Assembly (NCBI GenBank): GCA_019635015.1
Contig: JAHCAG010000001.1
Span: forward strand, 67,244 to 131,243
Reading direction: 5' to 3'
Length of the DNA stretch: 64,000 nucleotides
Source of the DNA: Burkholderiales bacterium
GTDB taxonomy: Bacteria; Pseudomonadota; Gammaproteobacteria; Burkholderiales; SG8-41
In this document: in pieces, positions 52,184 through 61,302 of the stretch
How positions within the stretch are numbered: the stretch's first letter is position 1
Layout of the letters: each line of letters begins with the position of its first letter
Translations under genes and position numbers: made by a program
The notes under the pieces: model-generated
The model's input: only the letters and a program-made list of their open reading frames with translations
Databases searched by the model: none
What the model was told of the DNA's origin: nothing

Positions 52184-52870
52184 TCAGAGTTTTGCGAACT
52201 TTACCGGATCTGTCAGCACCTGCCATATGGCCTCGCGCGAAGCCATGATGGAGCCGGCAAGTGCGGGATCCCCGTCCTTCAGCAGGCCGTGAACCCTGGC
52301 CAGCAACTGGTCATAGGCCTGTCGCAGCTGGCTGAGCGTTGTGCCGTTGCCCTCGTGATGCGCGCGCACGCGGTTGACCAGGTCGTCGACCTGGTTCTTC
52401 AAGGCAATCTTGGTGAACAGGCCGATGGCATTGGTGTCTTTCAGGCGCTGCTCCAGGGTGGCCAGCGCCATGGCCGGTACCGTCTGCGGCGGCGGTGCTG
52501 CCGGTTGCGGTTGTGCCGCTGTTTTCTGCTGCGGGGCAGGTGCCGCCGTTTTTGCCGGTGGTTTTGCGGGCGGCTTTTCCGGAGCGACGGGCGCGGGTTT
52601 GGCCATTACCGCGGCGGGAGCCGCCGCCGCCGGTTTTTCGGCGGTGGGGGATGGTGCAATGGCGGGCTGCGGTGCCGGCGCGGCGACTGCGGGATCCGGC
52701 GCTGCGGCCGGGAGAGAGGCAGGGGCCGGTTCCGCCGTCTCCGCCGCCTGTCGTTCGGCGGCGACAGCCGCGGGTTCCGTTACCGCTTCGGTGGACTGCG
52801 CATCGCGAACCATGGCACAACCCGCCAACTGCAGCAGCAGGAATCCGGAGATGTAAAAGGGCAATGACAT
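52184..52870 (-). CDS. Hypothetical lipoprotein with a long Pro/Ala-rich linker
   Basis: Lipobox LQLAGC, about 110 aa of PA-rich low complexity, and a structured C-terminal roughly 90-aa domain. The longer track ORF is an upstream extension. Confidence 0.6.
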   Translation of the reverse strand: MSLPFYISGFLLLQLAGCAMVRDAQSTEAVTEPAAVAAERQAAETAEPAPASLPAAAPDPAVAAPAPQPAIAPSPTAEKPAAAAPAAVMAKPAPVAPEKPPAKPPAKTAAPAPQQKTAAQPQPAAPPPQTVPAMALATLEQRLKDTNAIGLFTKIALKNQVDDLVNRVRAHHEGNGTTLSQLRQAYDQLLARVHGLLKDGDPALAGSIMASREAIWQVLTDPVKFAKL

Positions 52871-52957
52871 CAGGTGCTCGCGAAAGAGTGCGCAGGTGAT
52901 TATAAAAACTTTGAACCCGCCGCAACGGCATGGTTCCCCGCTGCGGCCTCCAGTATC

Positions 52958-53221
52958 ATGCCTGCCTCGACCACAATCCCGCCCCGGATCGGAAAACCAT
53001 TGGAAACCCGCCAGTTCCTGCTTCGCGACGATCATGTCCGGCTGTGCGATCTGCTTAAACTCGCCGGCATCGTCGGCAGCGGCGGCGAGGGCAAGCACCT
53101 CGTTGCCGAAGGGGCGGTGACGGTCGACGGCCAGCCTGAAAGCCGCAAGACCGCGAAAATCCGCGCCGGCCAGGCGGTCGAGTGCCGCGGGGTCCGGATC
53201 GTCGTGCTTGCCGCCGCCTGA
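52958..53221 (+). CDS. S4-domain RNA-binding protein (YbcJ-like)
   Basis: VRLCDLLKLAGIVGSGGEGKHLVAEGAVTVDGQPESRKTAKIRAGQ matches the YbcJ pattern. Start uncertain (ATG 52958 or TTG 53000). Confidence 0.65.
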   Translation: MPASTTIPPRIGKPLETRQFLLRDDHVRLCDLLKLAGIVGSGGEGKHLVAEGAVTVDGQPESRKTAKIRAGQAVECRGVRIVVLAAA

Positions 53222-53229
53222 GCCGCGCC

Positions 53230-53430
53230 ATGGAATCGCGCCTGTCGGAAATCGAAATCAAGCTGAGTTTCAGCGAAGACCTGCTGGAAGAACTGAACCG
53301 TACTGTTGCCCGGCAGCAGCAGGAGATCGCAGAACTGCAGCAGCAGTTGCGTGACCTGCGCCTGCAGCTGCAGCGCAGCCTCCCCGCGGAACCCGGCGGC
53401 CCCGTGCACGAGATTCCGCCGCACTATTGA
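53230..53430 (+). CDS. slyX: SlyX-family coiled-coil protein
   Basis: 66 aa, MESRLSEIEIKLSFSEDLLEELNRTVARQQQEIAELQQQL. Confidence 0.85.
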   Translation: MESRLSEIEIKLSFSEDLLEELNRTVARQQQEIAELQQQLRDLRLQLQRSLPAEPGGPVHEIPPHY

Positions 53431-53440
53431 AAGGTCGACC

Positions 53441-54664
53441 ATGAACAGCCCCGAGTTGCTTTCCCTGCCGTTGCCGCGCGCCGAACCCCGGGCGCTGGGT
53501 TTTGCACCGGACCGTCTGCCGCGCATTGCCGCTGCGCTGAATGCCGAAATCGCCCGTGACGCGTTGCCCGGTGCCGTGCTGATGATTGCGCGCGGCGGGC
53601 GTCTCGGATACTGCGAGACCTTCGGCCATCTGGACCCGGCCGCGCGCACGGCGATGCCGGTCGACGCGATGTTCAGCATTGCCTCGATGACCAAGCCCCT
53701 GGTGACCGCAGGTGCACTGATGCTGTGCGAGGAGGGGCGCATGGCGGTCAACCAGCCGGTCAGCCACTACCTGCCGCAGCTTGCCGGCATGCGTGTCAAT
53801 CCGCCGCAGTGCGACGGTGCCGCAGGTGCCCCCACCGAGGCTTTGCTGCGCGAGATGACCATCGAGGATCTGATGCGCCACACCGCCGGCCTCAGCTACG
53901 GCCGTGGCGACAAGGCGCTTTACGCGCGGTACCCGTTTTCGTCGGACGTCGCTTCGACGAAGTGGACAGGCGCCGAATTCCTCGCGCAGCTCGCGAGCCT
54001 GCCGTTGCATTACCAGCCGGGCTCGATGTGGGAATACAGTCTCGGCCTCGATGTGCTGGGACTCGCCATCGAAGCCGTGACCGGCCGGCCGCTGGCGCAA
54101 TACCTCGAAGACCGCCTGTTCGTGCCGCTGCGCATGCAGGACACGGCTTTCACCGTGCCGCCGGCCCAGGTGCCGCGTTATGCGAAGGCCCTGCCGCGGG
54201 ATCCGGTAACCGGCGCGCCGCAGATCCTGCGCGACGGCACCACACCTCACAAGTTTGATTGTGGCGGCGGCTGTGCGGTGTCGACCGCGGCCGATTACCT
54301 GCGTTTCGCACAGATGCTGCTTAATGGCGGTGAACTGGATGGCGTGCGCGTATTGTCACGCAAGACCGTTGAATTCATGACGACCGATCATCTCGGACCG
54401 GAAGTCGACCTTTCGAAGCTCAATGATTATCCCAACATCCGCGGTTTCGGCTTCGGCCTCGGTGTTGCCGTGCGACGCAGCGCCGGGCGCGGCGGCATGC
54501 CGGGCAGCAGCGGCGATTATCACTGGGCGGGTTCCACCGGCACCTATTTCTGGGTGGATCCAGCGGAAGAACTGGTGACGGTGTTCATGGCCCATGCGCC
54601 GGGCGCCATCCGTTATTACCATCGCCAGCTGCTGCACGCGCTGGTGCTGCAGGCGCTGGACTGA
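53441..54664 (+). CDS. Beta-lactamase-family serine hydrolase (class C / esterase-like)
   Basis: SxxK motif SMTK in FSIASMTKPLVTAGALML; 407 aa. Confidence 0.85.
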   Translation: MNSPELLSLPLPRAEPRALGFAPDRLPRIAAALNAEIARDALPGAVLMIARGGRLGYCETFGHLDPAARTAMPVDAMFSIASMTKPLVTAGALMLCEEGRMAVNQPVSHYLPQLAGMRVNPPQCDGAAGAPTEALLREMTIEDLMRHTAGLSYGRGDKALYARYPFSSDVASTKWTGAEFLAQLASLPLHYQPGSMWEYSLGLDVLGLAIEAVTGRPLAQYLEDRLFVPLRMQDTAFTVPPAQVPRYAKALPRDPVTGAPQILRDGTTPHKFDCGGGCAVSTAADYLRFAQMLLNGGELDGVRVLSRKTVEFMTTDHLGPEVDLSKLNDYPNIRGFGFGLGVAVRRSAGRGGMPGSSGDYHWAGSTGTYFWVDPAEELVTVFMAHAPGAIRYYHRQLLHALVLQALD

Positions 54665-54673
54665 ATCTGCTGC

Positions 54674-55120
54674 TCAATGAGGCCGGCCGGAATCTCCGGC
54701 CGGCGCGGGATCGATCCAGCCTCCGGCAGTACGCGCGCGGATGCGCCATTGCAGGCTTTGCCCCTCGCCCTCGATCTGCGTGGCCGGCTGTTCGTCCGTG
54801 GTTCCGAACAGGCGTTCGAAATCCGCGGCACTGAATTCGCGGCCGACACCGAGGATCACCGCATCGATCCGAACCACCGTCGGCAGGCCGCGGCCGTGCC
54901 AGATCACCGCGTAATGCCGGTGGAAATCGAAGTGCATCACCCGCGTGATCCGGCTCAGTTCCAGCCCGGTGGCAAAGGTGACCCGCCGCTGCTGTTCGAT
55001 GGATCGGCCGTTGCTGACCTGCACCGACACCAGACATTGCCGGTCGATCGCCGCCGGTGCGGCGGTGGCGGTCGCCAGCAACAGCAAGCCTGTGACGGCG
55101 CAGCCGAGGCGCTGCTGCAT
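54674..55120 (-). CDS. Hypothetical secreted protein
   Basis: Signal peptide MQQRLGCAVTGLLLLATATAAPAA; alternative start 55144. The upstream part of the 336-aa track ORF is antisense to the 55329-55673 gene. Confidence 0.5.
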   Translation of the reverse strand: MQQRLGCAVTGLLLLATATAAPAAIDRQCLVSVQVSNGRSIEQQRRVTFATGLELSRITRVMHFDFHRHYAVIWHGRGLPTVVRIDAVILGVGREFSAADFERLFGTTDEQPATQIEGEGQSLQWRIRARTAGGWIDPAPAGDSGRPH

Positions 55121-55292
55121 GCGTGTGCTGTGCTGCGGAATCATTGGCGGATGGCGGAAATCGGGCAGGGGCGACTTGTTGCCCGGATGTCCGGTAACGG
55201 CATCGCCCCGGACGTCTTGAGGGCGCAGGCCGGTGGCGCGACTGCCAAATTGGATGGCCGTTCGCCCCCTTTCCCCTAAGCCGTTGTTTTCT

Positions 55293-55321
55293 TTGAAGGA
55301 TGGCTCATAAAATGCGATAAT
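55293..55321 (+). promoter_or_regulatory. Near-consensus sigma-70 promoter placed for a leaderless transcript
   Basis: TTGAAG (55293-98), 17-nt spacer, GATAAT (55316-21). The ATG 55329 starts 7 nt after the -10 and no SD is present. Confidence 0.5.
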
Positions 55322-55328
55322 CCCGGCC

Positions 55329-55673
55329 ATGAACGATTCACAGCCGCCACAGAATCCCCCCGTATCCCCGCGGGCGCGCATGCAGGAATTGCTGGCCATA
55401 CCGGACCGCAATCGCACCGACGCCGAGTGGGATGAACTCAACGAACTCGAGATCGCGCTCGCCTCGGGCAACCGCCCCGGTGCGCCTGAGCCGCAGAGCC
55501 GTCCTCTGCACCAGAGGCAGAATGCCGGTGGCCGCGGCCAGCCTGGCGGCCGGCCCCAGCAAGGCCTGGGCCAGAACAAGAATCCCGGCGGTGGTGGGGG
55601 CAAGAAATTCCACAAGCGCCCCGGGAAACGCCGTGGCGGCGGTGGCGGCGGCCAGCCGCCTCCGCAGCAGTAG
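55329..55673 (+). CDS. Hypothetical protein: acidic helical N-domain plus Gly/Arg/Lys/Gln-rich disordered tail
   Basis: 114 aa, RMQELLAIPDRNRTDAEWDELNELEIAL then a GGRGQPGGRPQQG...KRRGGGGGG tail. Flanked by a promoter and a terminator. Confidence 0.6.
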   Translation: MNDSQPPQNPPVSPRARMQELLAIPDRNRTDAEWDELNELEIALASGNRPGAPEPQSRPLHQRQNAGGRGQPGGRPQQGLGQNKNPGGGGGKKFHKRPGKRRGGGGGGQPPPQQ

Positions 55674-55691
55674 GCAAGCCGCAATCCAAGG

Positions 55692-55720
55692 AAGGCCGCG
55701 CGACATGCGCGGCCTTTTCA
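55692..55720 (+). terminator. Intrinsic terminator
   Basis: AAGGCCGCGC (55692-701) pairs with GCGCGGCCTT (55707-16) around loop GACAT, then TTCAATT. Confidence 0.7.
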
Positions 55721-55742
55721 ATTCGCATACCCGGAGCCCGTC

Positions 55743-56021
55743 ATGGCCATGAAACCCGCCGAGCTGCAGAAATACAACGCGCTGAAACTCGTCAACCGGA
55801 TGAAATCGGCATCAGCCCCGGACCGTTTCGGTGGCGCCGCGGCCGCGGTGCCCGACCGGCGGGAACAGCGGCGGCTCGACCAGGCGCGCGGGCTGGTGCC
55901 CTTCGCGGTCAAGCTCGAGGGCGGACTGGTGAAGCGGATCCACGCGCAGGCGCAGGAGCGGGGGGTGCCGCTCAACGATCTGGTGGCCGAGCTGCTGCGC
56001 CGGGCGCTCGACGCGAAATAA
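55743..56021 (+). CDS. Hypothetical protein with a possible ribbon-helix-helix C-terminus
   Basis: 92 aa. The C-terminus VPFAVKLEGGLVKRIHAQAQERGVPLNDLVAELLRRAL looks CopG/RHH-like. GGAG lies 6 nt upstream. Confidence 0.5.
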   Translation: MAMKPAELQKYNALKLVNRMKSASAPDRFGGAAAAVPDRREQRRLDQARGLVPFAVKLEGGLVKRIHAQAQERGVPLNDLVAELLRRALDAK

Positions 56022-56027
56022 GCGCCG

Positions 56028-56441
56028 TCAGTGCGCGCCGCCGGCCGGAAGCTCGGCCAGTTCAATCAGGCAGTTTTCGGTGGCCGACGGATCAAGGAAG
56101 GCGATACGGCAACCGGCATGGCCGATGCGCGGTTTTTCGTCGAGCAGCGGGATGCCTTTCGCTTTCAGCTCCGCCAGCGCCTCGTCGATGTTTTCGACTT
56201 CCAGGCAGATGTGGTTGAGTCCGCCCTTGCCCTCGGCGATGAGTTTCGCCTGCTTGCTGTCCGGCGTCAGCCCCGACAGCAGTTCCACCATCGAATCGCC
56301 CACCGGGTAGAGCGCCAACCGTCGCGTCGCATTATCCTCGGTGCCGGCAAGCTTGATGCCGAAACAGCCTTCCCACAGCTTGCGGCTCGCTTCAACGTCG
56401 CGGACGACGATGCCGACATGCTCGATGCGTTTGACTTTCAT
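56028..56441 (-). CDS. VOC-family protein, methylmalonyl-CoA epimerase-like
   Basis: IEHVGIVVRDVEASRKLW...LNHICLEVENIDEA...: paired beta-alpha-beta-beta-beta modules with metal ligands H/E. Confidence 0.7.
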   Translation of the reverse strand: MKVKRIEHVGIVVRDVEASRKLWEGCFGIKLAGTEDNATRRLALYPVGDSMVELLSGLTPDSKQAKLIAEGKGGLNHICLEVENIDEALAELKAKGIPLLDEKPRIGHAGCRIAFLDPSATENCLIELAELPAGGAH

Positions 56442-56556
56442 GGGTTTCCTCCCGCGTGGCGCCGCCTGGCATCATGCCCCGCTCGGGCTGTGGACTCAAG
56501 CCCGCGAGGCGGGCGTGCTCCGGTGTAACATGGGGCTCCCAGGCCAGACGCAGACC

Positions 56557-56982
56557 ATGACCGCAGAAAAACAACCCGGGCCGCAGTGGCGTTCCACCGT
56601 CCCGCTTTATATCCACCTTGGCTTCATTCTTGATGCGCTCGACGATGGTCGCTCGCAGGTGCGGCTGATGTTCCAGCCCCACCTCGGCAACAGTCGCGGC
56701 GATGTCCACGGCGGCACGGTCGCCGCGATCATCGATGCTGCGATGTCACAGGCGGTGCGTTCGCTGGTGGACCGGGAGATGGGTGTTGCCACCATGACCA
56801 TGAACCTCAATTACCTCGCGCCGGCCAAGGGCGAGATCGTATGCCGCGGCACGGTGGTCAAACGCGGCCGCAGCATCATGTTCACCGAAGCCGAAGTCAT
56901 CGGCGAGGACGGCGAAACCGCCTGCCGCGCCAGCGCGAGTTATCGCGTTCTGCCGAAGACCGTGTACGAAAAAAAACCGTAG
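56557..56982 (+). CDS. PaaI-family hotdog thioesterase
   Basis: HLGNSRGDVHGGTVAAIIDAAM motif; 141 aa; alternative ATG 56530. Confidence 0.75.
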   Translation: MTAEKQPGPQWRSTVPLYIHLGFILDALDDGRSQVRLMFQPHLGNSRGDVHGGTVAAIIDAAMSQAVRSLVDREMGVATMTMNLNYLAPAKGEIVCRGTVVKRGRSIMFTEAEVIGEDGETACRASASYRVLPKTVYEKKP

Positions 56983-57029
56983 CCGCCACCACAAAAACGG
57001 CTTGAGGCCGTCAGCAACGGAGGATTTGC

Positions 57030-57908
57030 ATGAGTTCGTTCGACATCCATGCCGGCGCCACGGAGACGCCGGCGCCGCCGGATTTCCGCTGGCCCGGGGG
57101 CAAACGCATCGCGGTGTTTTTCCGCGTATCCTTCGAGTGGTGGTCCGACGGCAAATGGCCGGGCATCGGCCCCATGGGCAATCCGCTGAAACCCGGTGTG
57201 CCCGACCTCAACGCCGTCGGCTGGGCCGAGTACGGTCACCGCCGCGGCATCCACCGCATCCTCGACGTGCTGGCACGCCAGGAGATCAAGGCCACGATCA
57301 ACGTCAGCGGCATCATGGCCGAGCGTTACCCGGAGATCGTGCGCCGCATTTCCGATGAGGGCCATGAAGTTGTCGCCCATTCCTACACCATGGACATGAT
57401 TCCCTGCTACCTGTCCGAGGGGGAAGAGCGCGCCAACATCGTGCACACGACCGGTCTGATCGAGCGCGCGACAGGCGTCCGTCCGCGCGGCTGGATCAGC
57501 CCGCGCAGCACGCCGGGCCTGCGTTCGCCGCGCCTGCTGGCCGAGGCCGGGTACGACTGGCATGGTGACACGCTGAACGACGACCTGCCGTACCTGGTCG
57601 ATTTCGGCGACCGTTCGATCGTCGCGTTTCCGAACAACACCGAGGTCAACGACCTGCCTTTGTACATGCGCCACGGCAACGCGCCGAAAGTCATGCTGGA
57701 GATTTTCGAGCACTGGCTCGACTGCGCGCGCCATCGCGAGACCGGTCCGGTGCGCATGGATCCCGCGATTCATACCCACGTTTTCGGCCGTTCACCCGGT
57801 CTTTTCGTATACGAGGACATCATCAAGGCGGCGAAGGCCGCAGACGATGTGTGGATCGGCACCCGTTCGGTGGCCGTTGACCACTTCAAGCGTGCGATTG
57901 GCCGCTGA
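57030..57908 (+). CDS. Polysaccharide deacetylase (CE4) family protein, PuuE-like
   Basis: FRWPGGKRIAVFFRVSFEWW...GHEVVAHSY pattern; 292 aa. Confidence 0.72.
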   Translation: MSSFDIHAGATETPAPPDFRWPGGKRIAVFFRVSFEWWSDGKWPGIGPMGNPLKPGVPDLNAVGWAEYGHRRGIHRILDVLARQEIKATINVSGIMAERYPEIVRRISDEGHEVVAHSYTMDMIPCYLSEGEERANIVHTTGLIERATGVRPRGWISPRSTPGLRSPRLLAEAGYDWHGDTLNDDLPYLVDFGDRSIVAFPNNTEVNDLPLYMRHGNAPKVMLEIFEHWLDCARHRETGPVRMDPAIHTHVFGRSPGLFVYEDIIKAAKAADDVWIGTRSVAVDHFKRAIGR

Positions 57909-57938
57909 TCCGCCCACTGAGAATCGAGGAGCCATAAC

Positions 57939-58934
57939 ATGAAGATGTCCAAGTCCGTCCTGCATGTCGCCTGCGCGGCCATGGCCGCGTTTACAGCCGT
58001 TCCGGCCGCGGCGCAGCGCCCGGCCGCCGATCCCGCCGCCGGTTTTCCGAGCCGGCCGATCCGCATGATCGTGCCTTTTGCCCCGCAGGGCCCGAACGAC
58101 CAGCTGGCGCGCATGGTCGGCATCAAGCTGACCGAGGCCTGGGGGCAGCAGGTGGTTGTCGACAACCGGCCGGGCGCCGGCACCGTCATCGGCACCGAGC
58201 TCGCAGTGCGCGCGCCCGCCGACGGCCACACCATGCTGATGATTTCGCTGAGCACCGCAGTCAACCCGGTGCTGCGCAGCAAGCTGCCCTACGACACGGC
58301 AAAGGAACTGCAGCCGCTGATCAATCTGGCGGTGTCGCCGAACATTCTGGTCACACACCCGTCCGTGCAGGCAAAAAACATCGCGGAACTGCTGGCGCTG
58401 GCCAAGGCGAAACCGGGTGAAATCACCTACGCTTCCGGCGGCACCGGCGCCGCGACCCACTTGGCCGGCGAGCTCCTGGCCAACATGGGGGGCGTCAAGA
58501 TGACCCACGTGCCCTACAAGGGGGCCAATCCGGCGACCATCGACCTGCTGGGCGGCCGTGTCGCATGGATGTTCGGGACGATCCTGCCGACGCTGCCCCA
58601 TGTGCGTGCCGGCAAGCTGCGCGCCATCGGCATCAGTTCGCTCAAGCGCGCCCCGACCTTGCCGGAGGTGCCGGCCATCGCCGAGACGCTGCCGGGATTC
58701 GAGGCGCTGTCGTTTTACGGCATCGGTGTGCCGGCCGGCGTGCCGAGGCCGGTGCTGGCGAAACTCAATACCGAGATCGCGCGCATCATCACCATGCCGG
58801 ACACGCGCGAGCAGCTGCGCCTGCAGGGCGCCGATGCCGTCGGCAACAGCCAGGCCGAATTCACCGCATTTTTCCGCGCCGAAATGACCAAGTGGGCCAA
58901 GGTCATCAGGGAGGCCGGCATCAAGGCTGACTGA
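57939..58934 (+). CDS. Bug/TctC-family substrate-binding protein 3
   Basis: Signal peptide plus PIRMIVPFAPQGPNDQLARM. ATG lies 7 nt after GAGGAG. Confidence 0.9.
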   Translation: MKMSKSVLHVACAAMAAFTAVPAAAQRPAADPAAGFPSRPIRMIVPFAPQGPNDQLARMVGIKLTEAWGQQVVVDNRPGAGTVIGTELAVRAPADGHTMLMISLSTAVNPVLRSKLPYDTAKELQPLINLAVSPNILVTHPSVQAKNIAELLALAKAKPGEITYASGGTGAATHLAGELLANMGGVKMTHVPYKGANPATIDLLGGRVAWMFGTILPTLPHVRAGKLRAIGISSLKRAPTLPEVPAIAETLPGFEALSFYGIGVPAGVPRPVLAKLNTEIARIITMPDTREQLRLQGADAVGNSQAEFTAFFRAEMTKWAKVIREAGIKAD

Positions 58935-59025
58935 GCGCGTGATTTTTTGCGGAATTTTTGTTGAATAATTGCGCATGCCTGCAGCATGCCGCCCTGATCC
59001 ACAGACCTGAAACGAAAGGACTTTC

Positions 59026-60018
59026 ATGAACAAGTTGCTGTCCTCCTGCCGCCTGGCCCTCGCCGGCTGTGTTTTTGCCGCCGGCCTTGCTCCGGCTCAG
59101 GCCGCCGAAGACCCGGCGAAATATCCCTCCAAGCCCATCCGTTTCATCGTGCCTTTCCCGCCCGGGGGCGGCAACGACACCATTGCGCGCCTGGTCGGCC
59201 AGCAGATGGCCGCCAGCCTCGGCCAGCAGGTGCCGATCGACAATCGGCCCGGCGCGGCAGGCGCGCTGGGGGCGCAGCTCGCGGCGAATTCACCGGCGGA
59301 TGGATATACGATCTTTCTCGCCGGCGTGGGCAGTCACGGACTCAATCCGAACCTTGCCAAAAAACCGCTCTATGATCCGGTGAAGGATTTTGACGCGGTC
59401 AGCCTGATTGCCTCGGCGCCGCTGCTGGTGGTGGTGCATCCGTCGTTGCCGGTGAAATCGGTGAAGGAACTCATTGCCCTGGCGAAAGCAAAGCCCGGCG
59501 TCATTAATTACGCCTCCAACGGCACCGGCGGCTCCTCGCACATGGCGGTGGAACTGTTCGACATGATGGCCGGCACGAAGATGACGCACATCCCGTACAA
59601 GGGGCTGGCCCCTGCGCTGACCGAGTTGATGGCCGGTGAAGTCCAGGTGATGTTTTCGAGCGCGGTGGCCATGTTGCCGCAGGTGAAGGCTGGACGGCTG
59701 CGTGCAATCGCAATGACCGGCAACAAGCGTTCGCCGGCGATTCCGGATGTTCCGACAGTCGCGGAAGCCGGTCTCAAGGGTTATGAGACCGGTTCCTGGT
59801 ATGGCGTGGTCGCGCCGGCCGGCACGCCGAAGTACGCGATAGACAGGCTGAGCGCCGAGATCATCCGCATCACCAAGTCGCCGCAGGTGACCGACAGGCT
59901 CGTCAGCGAGGCCGTGATTCCCGTGGGCAGCACGCCGGCCGAGTTTTCGGCGTACATCAAGTCCGAGATTGCGCGCTGGGGCAAGGTGATCAAACAGGCG
60001 AAAATCCAGCCGAGCTAG
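59026..60018 (+). CDS. Bug/TctC-family substrate-binding protein 4
   Basis: Signal peptide plus PIRFIVPFPPGGGNDTIARL. Confidence 0.9.
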   Translation: MNKLLSSCRLALAGCVFAAGLAPAQAAEDPAKYPSKPIRFIVPFPPGGGNDTIARLVGQQMAASLGQQVPIDNRPGAAGALGAQLAANSPADGYTIFLAGVGSHGLNPNLAKKPLYDPVKDFDAVSLIASAPLLVVVHPSLPVKSVKELIALAKAKPGVINYASNGTGGSSHMAVELFDMMAGTKMTHIPYKGLAPALTELMAGEVQVMFSSAVAMLPQVKAGRLRAIAMTGNKRSPAIPDVPTVAEAGLKGYETGSWYGVVAPAGTPKYAIDRLSAEIIRITKSPQVTDRLVSEAVIPVGSTPAEFSAYIKSEIARWGKVIKQAKIQPS

Positions 60019-60053
60019 GCCGGAACAGTCTCCGGCCGGCGGCAAGGCGCGCG

Positions 60054-60554
60054 ATGTCCGGGACCGGCTTGCTGCTGATGCTGGTGCTGATGTTCCCGGT
60101 GCCCGGCATCGCCGCGGGCGGAGGCATACATGACCGGAAGGACAACAAGGCAAGCATGGACGTTGCTCCGTATTTCAGGACCCTGCGCCGCCCCGACAGC
60201 CCCAATCACTGGCTGGCGGCGCCAGCCGGATTTCCCGGCAATCCTGATGCCGCTGCTCCGGTGTTCGAGGTGCCGGCCGCCGCGCTGCGCGAGGCCCTCA
60301 GGGTCGTGGTGACGCAGACACCGGGCGCGGCAGTGGAGTCCGAGTCCGCCGCCGGCATGCATATCGTCGTAACCACCCGGATATTCAGGTTTCGCGATGA
60401 CGTCCACGTGCAGTTTCTGCAGCCGGGGCCGCAACAGTCAACGCTGGCAGTGTACTCGGCATCCCGCGTCGGCTACTGGGACCTGGGCACCAACCGGCGC
60501 CGCGTCGAAGACTGGCTTGCCCGCATCGCGGCGGTGCTCGAGGCCGGCCGGTAA
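60054..60554 (+). CDS. DUF1499 domain protein
   Basis: C-terminal SRVGYWDLGTNRRRVEDWL motif, with an N-terminal hydrophobic segment. Confidence 0.65.
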   Translation: MSGTGLLLMLVLMFPVPGIAAGGGIHDRKDNKASMDVAPYFRTLRRPDSPNHWLAAPAGFPGNPDAAAPVFEVPAAALREALRVVVTQTPGAAVESESAAGMHIVVTTRIFRFRDDVHVQFLQPGPQQSTLAVYSASRVGYWDLGTNRRRVEDWLARIAAVLEAGR

Positions 60555-60569
60555 TCCCAGCCGGGAATT

Positions 60570-61187
60570 TCAGGTCTTCAGCGGCGGCAAGGGCAGTGGT
60601 GTGCCCGGCGGCACCGGAGTGCGGTCGACGTTCAGGCACATCGACACCAGCACGTAGAAGCCGTTGACCGAAATCAGGTCAACCACGCCGCGTTCGCCGA
60701 AACGGGCCACGGCGCGCCCGTAAAGGTCGTCGCTGACACCCTGCGTCTGCTGCAGTTCCTGCGAAAACTCGTAGACCAGCGTTTCGTCGGCGTCCATGCC
60801 TTCCGGACGCCGCCCCTGGGCGATGGCTTCGGCGATTTTCGGGTCGAGCCCGCCCTCGAGAGCGAGCTTGTGGTGGGCGACCCACTCATACTGGGAGGTC
60901 CAGTTTCGCGCGGTGACCAGGATGGCCAGTTCGTTCAGCTTTCCGGACAGCGAGCTGCGGAAACGGATCTCTTCGCCGAGCTGCTGCACCAGGTTGCCGA
61001 TGCCGGGACTGCGCAGCCAGACGTTGAACGGGCCGCCCAGCGGCCCGGGTTTTGAGGCCCCGGAACTGGCGAGTTTGGCCCGCGGTCCGGACTTGATGGC
61101 CTCGGTCAGCGCCTTCTGTTCCGGCGTGAGATTTTCCAGCGGGATCAAACTGAAACGGCGGGTATCTGCGGAGCTGTTGTTGCTCAT
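60570..61187 (-). CDS. Carboxymuconolactone decarboxylase (AhpD-like) family protein
   Basis: LAILVTARNWTSQYEWVAHHKLALEGGL pattern. Confidence 0.72.
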   Translation of the reverse strand: MSNNSSADTRRFSLIPLENLTPEQKALTEAIKSGPRAKLASSGASKPGPLGGPFNVWLRSPGIGNLVQQLGEEIRFRSSLSGKLNELAILVTARNWTSQYEWVAHHKLALEGGLDPKIAEAIAQGRRPEGMDADETLVYEFSQELQQTQGVSDDLYGRAVARFGERGVVDLISVNGFYVLVSMCLNVDRTPVPPGTPLPLPPLKT

Positions 61188-61302
61188 GATCAGTCCTGAC
61201 GGGAAAACCGGAAATTAACATGAACGCAGTATTCTGATGCTAGGATGCGACCCTGAATTCCAGCCTCAATCTCCCAACCCCAATCCTGTCCGCATCCACA
61301 TC

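Noticed and set aside
52400-52800. Apparent DNA repeats in the Pro/Ala-rich linker, and Gly-rich repeats at 55560-55660
   Set aside because: These are compositional low complexity from GCN/CCN/GGN codons. No fixed-period tandem unit could be defined.
54674-55684. Full 336-aa minus-strand ORF
   Set aside because: Its upstream two-thirds is antisense to the promoter/terminator-flanked 55329-55673 gene and translates to Pro/Gly/Trp low complexity. Only the C-terminal 148 aa, which carry a signal peptide, were kept.
58963-58990. GCATGC-ctgca-GCATGC hairpin between Bug genes 3 and 4 as a terminator
   Set aside because: The stem is only 6 bp with no U-tract. It is more likely incidental.
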